The notes under the pieces were generated by a model. That model did no database searches. It was not told where the DNA came from and saw only the letters and a list, made by a program, of their open reading frames with translations. Position numbers and translations under genes: made by a program. A stretch of 64,000 bases of DNA from Gammaproteobacteria bacterium (GTDB lineage: Bacteria > Pseudomonadota > Gammaproteobacteria > Magnimaribacterales > TMED112). Location: positions 184,151-248,150 of the forward strand of contig PBBW01000005.1 in the NCBI GenBank assembly GCA_002716745.1, in the 5' to 3' direction. Positions 56,656-64,000 of this stretch are shown here, one piece after another; the stretch's first letter is position 1; every line of letters begins with the position of its first letter.

Positions 56656-57366
56656 TTAGATAACAAAAGACCTAAGATCGAAATGATTAGAGTCATATTC
56701 AAAAACCCAGCCTTTATCTTCCCAGCTTCCTAAAACAACTTTGACCGAACCATTTGCAAAGTATTTAACTTCTGGCCTGTGGGTATGACCATGTATAAGG
56801 ATATCAATTTCATTTTTTATAACAGATTCCTCAATAGCTTTAGGGTTAGTATCCATAATATTTTCAGGCTTATTACTATTGGCGGACTTACTTTTAGACC
56901 GCATATCATCAGCAATAAATAATCGCTCATCTAAAGGTTTTTTTAGAAATGATTTTATCCAGGAACTATTTCTGGTTTCGTTTTTAAATTTTTGATAATC
57001 AGTATCGTCAGTGCAAAAAGCATCGCCGTGAGAGAGCATAATTTTTTTATTATTAAGATTGATAATATGCATATCATCGAGGATTCTTATATTTGTATCT
57101 GAGGCAAACTTGTTGCCTATGAGAAAGTCTCTATTCCCATGAATAAAAAAGAGCCTAACACCTTGATCGGCAAGCCTGCTGAGGTTTTTTTTAATATTAG
57201 AAATAGTGAGATTATCTTCGTCATCACCAATCCAATATTCAAAAAGGTCACCTAGAATATAGAGTGCTTCATACCTATCAGACGCTTTTTCAAGAAAATT
57301 ATTAAATGCTAGTGTTCTGTTATTTTCAATTGGCTCAAGATGAATATCTGAAATAAAACCAAGCAT
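56656..57366 (-). CDS. lpxH: UDP-2,3-diacylglucosamine diphosphatase
   Basis: 'FISDIHL', 'LYILGDLFEYWIGDD', 'GNRDFL' and 'HGHTHRP'. Confidence 0.85.
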   Translation of the reverse strand: MLGFISDIHLEPIENNRTLAFNNFLEKASDRYEALYILGDLFEYWIGDDEDNLTISNIKKNLSRLADQGVRLFFIHGNRDFLIGNKFASDTNIRILDDMHIINLNNKKIMLSHGDAFCTDDTDYQKFKNETRNSSWIKSFLKKPLDERLFIADDMRSKSKSANSNKPENIMDTNPKAIEESVIKNEIDILIHGHTHRPEVKYFANGSVKVVLGSWEDKGWVFEYDSNHFDLRSFVI

Positions 57367-57428
57367 AAAGATGATAATAACTCTTTTTATTAGTTATGGA
57401 AAAACCAAAAAAAGAATAAAATGTAATT

Positions 57429-59516
57429 ATGAATAGATTAGGTTTGATATTTTTAATAACGATAATAATAAATGCTTGTGGTATGAGCAATAATGATGAC
57501 AACAAAATGAAAGATCCTTATCTGTGGTTAGAAGATGTGGAGGGCAAAGAGGCTCTTCAATGGGTTGAGTCTCAGAATGAACTAACAAAAGAAAGATATA
57601 GTCAAGCTGAAACATTTAATGAAACATATAACTATCTTTTAGATGATTATAACTCTGTTGATAGAATTCCCTTTCCAAGTATAAGAGGGCAATATATTTA
57701 CAATTTTTGGAGAGATAAAAATAATATCAGAGGTATTTGGAGAAGAACTAGCCTTGAGTCCTACCAAAATGATGCTCCTGAATGGGAAACAGTAATAGAT
57801 GTTGATCTATTAGCTAATGAAGAAAATAAAAATTGGGTTTGGAGAGGAGCAAATTGTTTAGGGCCAGACTTTAAAAAATGTTTAGTAAGTTTGTCAGATG
57901 GAGGTAAAGATGCCTCTGTTCTTAGAGAGTATGACATCGAAACAAAGACCTTTGTAGAGGATGGGTTTTTTGCTCCAGAAGCTAAACAGTACTCTGACTG
58001 GATTAATGAAGATCAGGTTCTTATTGCCACAGATTTTGGTGAAGGCACACTAAATGAATCTGGCTATGCTAGACAAGTAAGGCTATGGAATCGAGGGGAT
58101 AACTTATTGAGTTCAGAAATTTTATTTGAAGGAGGTTATCAAGATATTTTTAGTTTTCCATTTTCAGAAATTCGTCCTGATGGCAATTATTTTGGTGTTC
58201 TGGAGGGCCCAACATTTTTTACAAAGATATTACATCTTTATTCAAACGATAAACTCATCAAGGCAGATTTGCCTCTGAAGGTAGACATATATGGAACATA
58301 CCAAAACCTTTTATTAATATCTATAGCTGAAGAGTGGCTCGGTTTCGCTATAGGATCATTACTTGCAGTAAATATTGAAGATGCACTGGCTCAGAATATA
58401 ACAAGCAAATCAGTAAAAATGTTATTTGAACCAACCGATACAAGCTTTTTAAGGAATGTTTCAATTGGTAAGGATCAAATTTTAGTAAATACTCTAGATA
58501 ATATAAAAGGAAAAATTACCCATTTTAAAAAAATTGGTAAAACATGGTTTGAAAGCAACTTAAGAGGTTTTGATGAAGACATGCTATCAATTTCGGCCTC
58601 AGATAGTTGGTCAAATATTGCTTTTATTGGTTCTGAAAGCTTTACTCAGCCAACGGGTTTATATTTCTCTAAAGATAGTGAAGAATTTAAAAAGATCAAA
58701 TCACTGCCAAGGAAATTTGACCCATCAGCTTATGAAGTAAATCAGTTTTTTTCTCAATCAAAAGATGGAACAGAAATTCCATACTTTCAAATTTCAAGAA
58801 ACGATATGGTTTTGAATTCATCTAATCCGACTCTTTTATACGGATATGGTGGTTTTGAAATTTCTCTAACTCCTTCTTATCTTAGTGCTTTCTCAAGAAA
58901 ATGGCTTGATCATGGTGGTGTTTACGTTATAGCAAACATAAGAGGAGGTGGGGAATATGGACCTAAATGGCATCAATCTGCTTTAAAAGCAAACAGACAA
59001 AGAGCTTATGACGATTTTATATCAATCGCAGAGGACTTAATTAGCAAAGGAGTTACTTCGCCTAAAAATCTTGGTATAAGAGGTGGATCCAACGGAGGGC
59101 TACTAGTTGGAGCAGTTGTAACACAACGTCCTGATTTATTTAATGCTGTAATCTGTGCAGTGCCACTCCTAGACATGTATAGGTATGACAAGCTATTAGC
59201 GGGAGCTTCATGGGTAGACGAATATGGAGATCCAGATAATGAAGATGAATGGGAGTTCATCAAAAAATACTCTCCATACCAAAATGTATTTTCTAATCGA
59301 GAATATCCTGAAATATATTTTTATACGTCAACTAAAGATGATCGCGTGCACCCAGGGCATGCAAGGAAAATGGCAAAAAAGATGCTGGATCAGGGTCACA
59401 AAATAATATATTACGAAAATGTAGAGGGGGGGCATTCTGCTGCATCAAATTATGAACAGTCTGCATTTATGTCAGCACTTCAGCTTGAATATCTAAATGA
59501 TAAGCTTAAGAAATAA
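57429..59516 (+). CDS. Prolyl oligopeptidase family serine peptidase (S9A), probable lipoprotein
   Basis: Lipobox 'IIINAC'. N-terminal 'DPYLWLEDV', a beta-propeller region, and a catalytic domain with 'GGSNGGLL' (Ser), 'DDRV' (Asp) and 'GGHS' (His). Confidence 0.85.
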   Translation: MNRLGLIFLITIIINACGMSNNDDNKMKDPYLWLEDVEGKEALQWVESQNELTKERYSQAETFNETYNYLLDDYNSVDRIPFPSIRGQYIYNFWRDKNNIRGIWRRTSLESYQNDAPEWETVIDVDLLANEENKNWVWRGANCLGPDFKKCLVSLSDGGKDASVLREYDIETKTFVEDGFFAPEAKQYSDWINEDQVLIATDFGEGTLNESGYARQVRLWNRGDNLLSSEILFEGGYQDIFSFPFSEIRPDGNYFGVLEGPTFFTKILHLYSNDKLIKADLPLKVDIYGTYQNLLLISIAEEWLGFAIGSLLAVNIEDALAQNITSKSVKMLFEPTDTSFLRNVSIGKDQILVNTLDNIKGKITHFKKIGKTWFESNLRGFDEDMLSISASDSWSNIAFIGSESFTQPTGLYFSKDSEEFKKIKSLPRKFDPSAYEVNQFFSQSKDGTEIPYFQISRNDMVLNSSNPTLLYGYGGFEISLTPSYLSAFSRKWLDHGGVYVIANIRGGGEYGPKWHQSALKANRQRAYDDFISIAEDLISKGVTSPKNLGIRGGSNGGLLVGAVVTQRPDLFNAVICAVPLLDMYRYDKLLAGASWVDEYGDPDNEDEWEFIKKYSPYQNVFSNREYPEIYFYTSTKDDRVHPGHARKMAKKMLDQGHKIIYYENVEGGHSAASNYEQSAFMSALQLEYLNDKLKK

Positions 59517-59518
59517 TT

Positions 59519-60409
59519 TTGTTTGATGTAACTTTAGTAACTTGTAAAAAATACTTCGCGCCATCTTTAATTGATAAATATATCTCTAATATTCTAGTTG
59601 AAGAGGAGCTCTTAAAGAATGCTCTAGAAAAAATTAATTTGACAGTTGATATTGCTTACTGGGACGATCAGAATTATGACTGGTCAAATACAAAGATTGC
59701 ACTTGTTAGAACTACTTGGGACTATTATCAGAAATTAGATAAGTTTGTTGATTGGATTGAAGGAGTTTCAAAGCAAACCAAGCTTATTAATGACAAAAAT
59801 CTACTTCTATGGAATCTGAATAAGAAATACTTGCTTGATCTTGAAAAAAAAGGGATCAATATAGTCCCAACTAAAATGGTCACTCACAAAGAAACAGAAA
59901 CTTTTTCGGAGATATGTGCTGAGAATGGTTGGAATGAGGTAATCGTAAAGCCAGCAGTATCGGCTGCTGCTTTCAATACATTTAGAATTAAATGTTCAGA
60001 ATTTCAAAATTTTGAAAGTAAATTCCAAAAATTATTATCAGAAAGCGAAATGATTATTCAGCCATTTTTTTCAAGCATTTTAAAAAAAGGAGAAGCCTCT
60101 TTGATGGCAGTAAATGGAAAATTTACTCATGGTATTTTAAAAAAAGCCAAGCAGGGTGATTTTAGAGTGCAAGACGATTTTGGAGGAACTGTTCATCAAT
60201 TTTCAGCGAATAAAAATGAGATCTATTTTGCTGAAAATGTATTTAAGTCTTGTGATGAGATGCCAATTTATGGTCGTGTAGACATAATGTGGAATAATTC
60301 AAACGATTTATTTCTTTCAGAATTAGAAATAGTTGAACCAGAAATTTGGTCAAGGAAATTTCCCAAAAATGCAGATTACCTAGCTGAAGCAATTAAGAAA
60401 GTTTTATAA
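59519..60409 (+). CDS. ATP-grasp domain protein (RimK/glutathione-synthetase-like; TTG start)
   Basis: 'NKKYLLDLEKKGINIVPT', 'VIVKPAVSAAAFNTF', 'GDFRVQDDFGG' and 'GRVDI....LFLSELEIVEP' fit an ATP-grasp fold. Substrate unknown. Confidence 0.45.
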   Translation: MFDVTLVTCKKYFAPSLIDKYISNILVEEELLKNALEKINLTVDIAYWDDQNYDWSNTKIALVRTTWDYYQKLDKFVDWIEGVSKQTKLINDKNLLLWNLNKKYLLDLEKKGINIVPTKMVTHKETETFSEICAENGWNEVIVKPAVSAAAFNTFRIKCSEFQNFESKFQKLLSESEMIIQPFFSSILKKGEASLMAVNGKFTHGILKKAKQGDFRVQDDFGGTVHQFSANKNEIYFAENVFKSCDEMPIYGRVDIMWNNSNDLFLSELEIVEPEIWSRKFPKNADYLAEAIKKVL

Positions 60410-60430
60410 TAAATAGGGGGCATAACAAAT

Positions 60431-61072
60431 TTGACTAAAAAAAATACCAAATCAAAACCGTTAATGAGAGGTTTGTTTCATCAGGCAATGTTTTTTATTT
60501 CTATTGGAGCCTGTACGCCTTTGATTGTTAAAAGTACCAATGCTTCCGAGTATATTTCAACATCAATTTATTCTGCTGCAGTTCTTCTAATGTTTGGATT
60601 AAGCGCGATGTATCACAGGTTTAATTGGGAGAACAACACTAAGAAAGTCATGAGAAAACTTGACCACCTCGGAATATTTTTAATGATTGCAGGGACATTT
60701 ACTCCTATATGCCTTTTAATTCTCCCATGGCCTCAAGGACTAATACTATTAATTGTTGTGTGGTGCGTGGCTTTTTTTGGTGGCATTCAGGTAGTATTTT
60801 TCCCGAATATTGATAGGCGCATTAGGGCAGCAATATATCTTACGATGGGTTTTATTGCTGTTCCAAACTTTTCAGAAATGTTTGCAGTTTTTTCTACTGC
60901 AAATTCTGTATTGATACTGATAGGCAGTTTTCTATATATAATTGGAGCAATTGGTTACGGTTTGAAGCTTCCAAAACTCTCCCCAAATTATTTTGGCTAC
61001 CATGAATTTTTTCATTCTCTTGTTTCTGTTGCAGCAATTTTACATTTCATTGTGATTTACTCAATTGTCTAG
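60431..61072 (+). CDS. Hemolysin III / PAQR family membrane protein (TrhA-like)
   Basis: Seven hydrophobic segments with 'RGLFHQ', 'SAMYH', 'KLDHLGIF' and 'GYHEFFH'. The start (TTG 60431 or the internal Met) is uncertain. Confidence 0.75.
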   Translation: MTKKNTKSKPLMRGLFHQAMFFISIGACTPLIVKSTNASEYISTSIYSAAVLLMFGLSAMYHRFNWENNTKKVMRKLDHLGIFLMIAGTFTPICLLILPWPQGLILLIVVWCVAFFGGIQVVFFPNIDRRIRAAIYLTMGFIAVPNFSEMFAVFSTANSVLILIGSFLYIIGAIGYGLKLPKLSPNYFGYHEFFHSLVSVAAILHFIVIYSIV

Positions 61073-61143
61073 GGAAAAAATTTTCTTAATAAGATTTTTC
61101 TAAAACTATATAATAAATTCTATAATTTTATTTCGGAGGCTTT

Positions 61144-61488
61144 ATGAGTTCAGAGAGTGTAAATAATATCGTTGAAATTTATATTGATTCATTAAAAGAA
61201 TCAAGTGCAGAAAAAGTTAGACAAGCATTCCATCCAAATGGAAAAGTTGTAGGTCATCTACATGGCGATTTTTTAGAAATGAGCACTGAAGATTTTGCAG
61301 CTTTTGTTGCTGAACAGGAACCCTCAGATATTGAATATGAAATACTTTCTACAGTAGTTGAAGGAACAACAGCCGCCGTAAAAGTAAGAGACAAGTATCT
61401 TGGGATTACATTTCTCGATACATTATCTTTAATAAAAATTGGTGACGAGTGGAGTATTTACAACAAGCTTTTTAATGTTGAAGAATAA
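61144..61488 (+). CDS. NTF2-like (putative lumazine-binding/SnoaL-like) small protein
   Basis: 114 aa. 'FHPNGKVVGHL', 'AAVKVRDKYLGITFLDTLSLIKIGDEWSIYNKLF'. Classical TATAAT plus GGAGG SD upstream. Confidence 0.5.
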   Translation: MSSESVNNIVEIYIDSLKESSAEKVRQAFHPNGKVVGHLHGDFLEMSTEDFAAFVAEQEPSDIEYEILSTVVEGTTAAVKVRDKYLGITFLDTLSLIKIGDEWSIYNKLFNVEE

Positions 61489-61518
61489 GCTTATTAATAT
61501 ATATAAATAACTATAAAG

Positions 61519-61594
61519 TGGCTCCCCGAACTGGGCTCGAACCAGTGACCCACTGATTAACAGTCAGTTGCTCTACCAACTGAGCTATCGGGGA
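61519..61594 (-). tRNA. tRNA-Asn (anticodon GTT), CCA encoded
   Basis: The reverse complement folds as a cloverleaf: acceptor TCCCCGA/TCGGGGA, D arm GCTC-AGTTGGTA-GAGC, anticodon loop CTGTTAA, T arm ACTGG-TTCGAGC-CCAGT, discriminator G plus CCA. 76 nt. Closely resembles E. coli tRNA-Asn. Confidence 0.9.
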
Positions 61595-61635
61595 ACGAAT
61601 AGGAATTATATACAACTATTACAAAATTAAAAACA

Positions 61636-63639
61636 ATGTCAGGTTTTAAAGTTATATCAGATTTTGATCCAACTGGTGATCAACCAAATGCAATTCAGAA
61701 AATAGCCAATAATTTAGAGGACGGTCTTCTAAATCAGACACTACTGGGAGTAACTGGTTCAGGAAAAACTTATACAATTGCAAAAGTTATTGAGAAAACT
61801 CAAAGACCAGCCATTATTATGGCTCCAAACAAAACCTTGGCAGCACAACTCTATGGGGAGTTTAAAGATTTTTTTCCTGAAAATAGGGTGGAATACTTTA
61901 TTTCTTACTATGACTATTATCAACCAGAAGCATATGTACCCTCCTCAGATACATATATAGCTAAGGATGCAAATATAAATGAGCATATTGAGCAGATGAG
62001 ACTGTCTGCAACTAAAGCACTAATAGAATCAACTGATACTATTGTTGTTGCCTCAGTGTCTGCTATTTATGGTCTTGGTGATCCAAAGTCTTACTTAAGA
62101 ATGATCATGAATTTAAGCAGAGGTGAAATAGTGAATCAAAGAGACATTCTTCGACAGTTATCAGTAATGCAATATTCAAGAAATGATCTTGATTTTCAGC
62201 GATCAAATTTTAGAGTGAGAGGAAATATTATAGATATCTTCCCTGCAGAAGCAGAAAAAGAGGCTGTTAGGGTAGAGCTTGAAGTTGACAAAATTAAATC
62301 AATTTCCTTTTTTGATCCACTAACAGGAGCTATTATTGAGGAAGTTCCTCGAGCCACAATTTATCCAAAGACACATTATGTTACTCCTAAACAAACTATT
62401 GATAACGCAATAGTAGAAATTGAAACTGAACTAAAAGGAAGGTTGCTTGAGCTTAAAAATAATAAAAAACTTCTAGAAGCACAGAGGCTTGAAGAGAGAA
62501 CAAATTATGATCTTGAAATGTTAAATGAATTGGGTTTTTGTAATGGTGTTGAGAATTATTCAAGGTATTTATCTGGGCGAAAACCTGGAGAGGCCCCTCC
62601 TTGTTTATTTGATTACATACCCAAAGATGCAATTGTATATGTAGATGAATCGCATGTCTCTGTTCCTCAAATTGGTGGCATGTTCAAAGGAGATAGGTCT
62701 AGAAAAGAAACTTTGGTTGAATATGGTTTTAGGCTTCCAAGCGCCCTTGATAACCGACCGCTAAGGTTTGAGGAGTGGGATAAAATAGCTCCGCAAAGAG
62801 TATATGTCTCAGCTACTCCTGGAAAATGGGAAAAAGAAAATTCGGATGCTAAAGTTGAATTACTTGTCAGACCAACAGGTCTTATTGATCCATATGTTGA
62901 AGTAAGGCCAGCAAGCCGACAGGTAGAAGATGTTCTTGAAGAAGTTTTTAAGGTAACTGGACAAGGTTTTAGAACACTTATTACTACACTTACAAAAAAA
63001 ATGTCAGAGGATCTCACGGATTTCATGCATGAGAAAGGAATTAAAGTAAGGTATATGCATTCGGACATTGATTCAGTTGAAAGGGTAGAAATACTTCGGG
63101 ACTTAAGGCTTGGCGCATTCGACGTTCTCATAGGGATCAATCTTTTAAGAGAGGGTTTAGATTTGCCTGAGGTAGGACTAGTGGCTATTTTAGATGCTGA
63201 TAAAGAGGGCTTTTTAAGATCAGAGGGCTCGTTAATTCAAACCATCGGTCGAGCCGCAAGAAATATTGAGGGAAAAGCTATTCTCTATGCTGATAAAGTA
63301 ACTGGCTCCATGGAACGTGCAATGGGAGAAACGAATAGAAGAAGATCAATTCAAGAAGAATACAATAAGAAAAACAAAATAACCCCAAGGACTGTTACCT
63401 CTAAAATAAAAGATGTCATGGAGGGAGCTAGGTCAGTTAAAAAAGAAAAGAAAGAAGTTAAAAAAATTAGTGATGAATACGATATTTCGAAAGTTACTTA
63501 TCACAATATAGGAAAAGAAATAAAAAAAATTGATAAACTAATGAGACTATCTGCAAAAGAATTAGATTTTGAAAAAGCAGCTTATTTTAGAGATCTAATT
63601 AAAGAATTAAAAGAAAAAATTTTGATCAATAAAGCATAA
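61636..63639 (+). CDS. uvrB: Excinuclease ABC subunit B
   Basis: 'GDQP.AI', Walker A 'GVTGSGKT', 'YDYYQPEAY', helicase motifs 'DESH' and 'QTIGRAARN', and the C-terminal UVR domain 'FEKAAYFRD'. Confidence 0.95.
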   Translation: MSGFKVISDFDPTGDQPNAIQKIANNLEDGLLNQTLLGVTGSGKTYTIAKVIEKTQRPAIIMAPNKTLAAQLYGEFKDFFPENRVEYFISYYDYYQPEAYVPSSDTYIAKDANINEHIEQMRLSATKALIESTDTIVVASVSAIYGLGDPKSYLRMIMNLSRGEIVNQRDILRQLSVMQYSRNDLDFQRSNFRVRGNIIDIFPAEAEKEAVRVELEVDKIKSISFFDPLTGAIIEEVPRATIYPKTHYVTPKQTIDNAIVEIETELKGRLLELKNNKKLLEAQRLEERTNYDLEMLNELGFCNGVENYSRYLSGRKPGEAPPCLFDYIPKDAIVYVDESHVSVPQIGGMFKGDRSRKETLVEYGFRLPSALDNRPLRFEEWDKIAPQRVYVSATPGKWEKENSDAKVELLVRPTGLIDPYVEVRPASRQVEDVLEEVFKVTGQGFRTLITTLTKKMSEDLTDFMHEKGIKVRYMHSDIDSVERVEILRDLRLGAFDVLIGINLLREGLDLPEVGLVAILDADKEGFLRSEGSLIQTIGRAARNIEGKAILYADKVTGSMERAMGETNRRRSIQEEYNKKNKITPRTVTSKIKDVMEGARSVKKEKKEVKKISDEYDISKVTYHNIGKEIKKIDKLMRLSAKELDFEKAAYFRDLIKELKEKILINKA

Positions 63640-64000
63640 TGTCCAAAAAAATTATTTTCCTTGAGGGAAGTCCAATAATTCATGAAAACCATTTCAAAAC
63701 AGTCCTAGCAAACCAAGGCGACTATCAATCAAGATATATTTTCTACTTAGAGTTCGATAAAACACCAACAAGTGATGACATTCAAAAAATTTCCAAAGCT
63801 TTAGATGCAAAAGATAACTCATTTGTTCCCAATCTTGTTATTACTCCAAGAGTTGGAACACAAAGCGCATGGTCTTCAAAAGCACAAGATATTTTTAAAA
63901 ATATTGGAATTAAGTCCGTAAAAAAAGTTGAAAGGTTCAAGACCTTTTTAATGAAAAAGAATGTAACTAAAGGCTTAATGTGGGATTTGATTGATAAAAT
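63639..64000 (+). CDS. purL: Phosphoribosylformylglycinamidine synthase (large single-chain form), 3'-truncated by the window edge
   Basis: The ATG at 63639 shares its A with the uvrB TAA. 'LVITPRVGTQSAWSSKAQDIFKNIG' aligns with E. coli PurL '[25 protein letters not shown]'. The frame is open to nt 64000. Confidence 0.85.
   Translation, partial: MSKKIIFLEGSPIIHENHFKTVLANQGDYQSRYIFYLEFDKTPTSDDIQKISKALDAKDNSFVPNLVITPRVGTQSAWSSKAQDIFKNIGIKSVKKVERFKTFLMKKNVTKGLMWDLIDK

Noticed and set aside
57429-60409. The prolyl oligopeptidase followed by an ATP-grasp protein as a possible RiPP (macrocyclic peptide) cluster.
   Set aside because: No candidate precursor-peptide ORF, transporter or second tailoring enzyme is present. 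The peptidase has a lipoprotein signal, consistent with a periplasmic or outer-surface degradative role. Adjacency alone means little in a genome this compact.
61489-61635. tRNA-Asn as an island attachment site, and a LexA box upstream of uvrB.
   Set aside because: I found no second copy of the tRNA 3' end, no integrase and no compositional break on either side. The 39-nt uvrB upstream region contains no CTGT-N8-ACAG.
1-64000. A search by eye for CRISPR arrays, tandem repeats, rRNA, transposases or integrases, and GC-rich stem plus T-tract terminators.
   Set aside because: No spaced direct-repeat arrays, IS-like inverted repeats, recombinase motifs or convincing intrinsic terminator hairpins were seen. 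The only non-coding stretches longer than 90 nt are explained by mis-called gene starts, the tRNA, or the guaA-repeat region.

Overview
The window is AT-rich and very tightly packed. Nearly all of it is coding, many neighbouring genes overlap by 1-4 nt, and I saw no convincing intrinsic terminators. Gene content and local synteny (accD-dedD-like-cvpA-purF, fimV-like-truA, topA-lexA, umuDC, lpxH) suggest a streamlined, probably marine, gammaproteobacterium; that assignment is inference only. Most genes are housekeeping:
- Nucleotide and cofactor metabolism: guaBA, purF, purL, pyrD, queC/E/H, nadK, galU.
- Central metabolism and biosynthesis: fumC, acnB, prpCD, aroC, accD, truA.
- DNA repair and topology: topA, uvrB, xthA, photolyase.

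One tRNA-Asn(GTT) is present. I found no rRNA, CRISPR array, transposase or integrase.

The accessory content lies between guaA and xthA (about 12.7-30.2 kb):
1. A two-gene restriction-modification cassette sits exactly at the guaA stop codon. It is bracketed by a 26-bp imperfect direct repeat that is a synonymous copy of the guaA 3' end.
2. Two paralogous OafA-type acyltransferases flank a DoxX gene and a DUF305-beta-propeller fusion gene on the opposite strand.
3. A very low-GC glycan-decoration block encodes an FkbM methyltransferase, a 2OG-Fe oxygenase-like protein, a GT2, a pyruvyl-transferase-like protein and two large uncharacterised proteins.

Other notable points:
- An SOS module has two near-perfect LexA boxes, upstream of lexA and umuDC.
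- The UmuD homologue has Glu in place of the catalytic Ser.
- Two conserved genes appear to use non-canonical start codons: pyrD (ATT) and one acyltransferase (CTG).
- A -10 hexamer repeatedly sits 5-7 nt upstream of an ATG with no Shine-Dalgarno sequence, suggesting leaderless mRNAs.
- The start codons of the divergent sirtuin and NAD kinase genes overlap in one CATG.

All functional calls come from motif and family recognition by eye. No database search was run.
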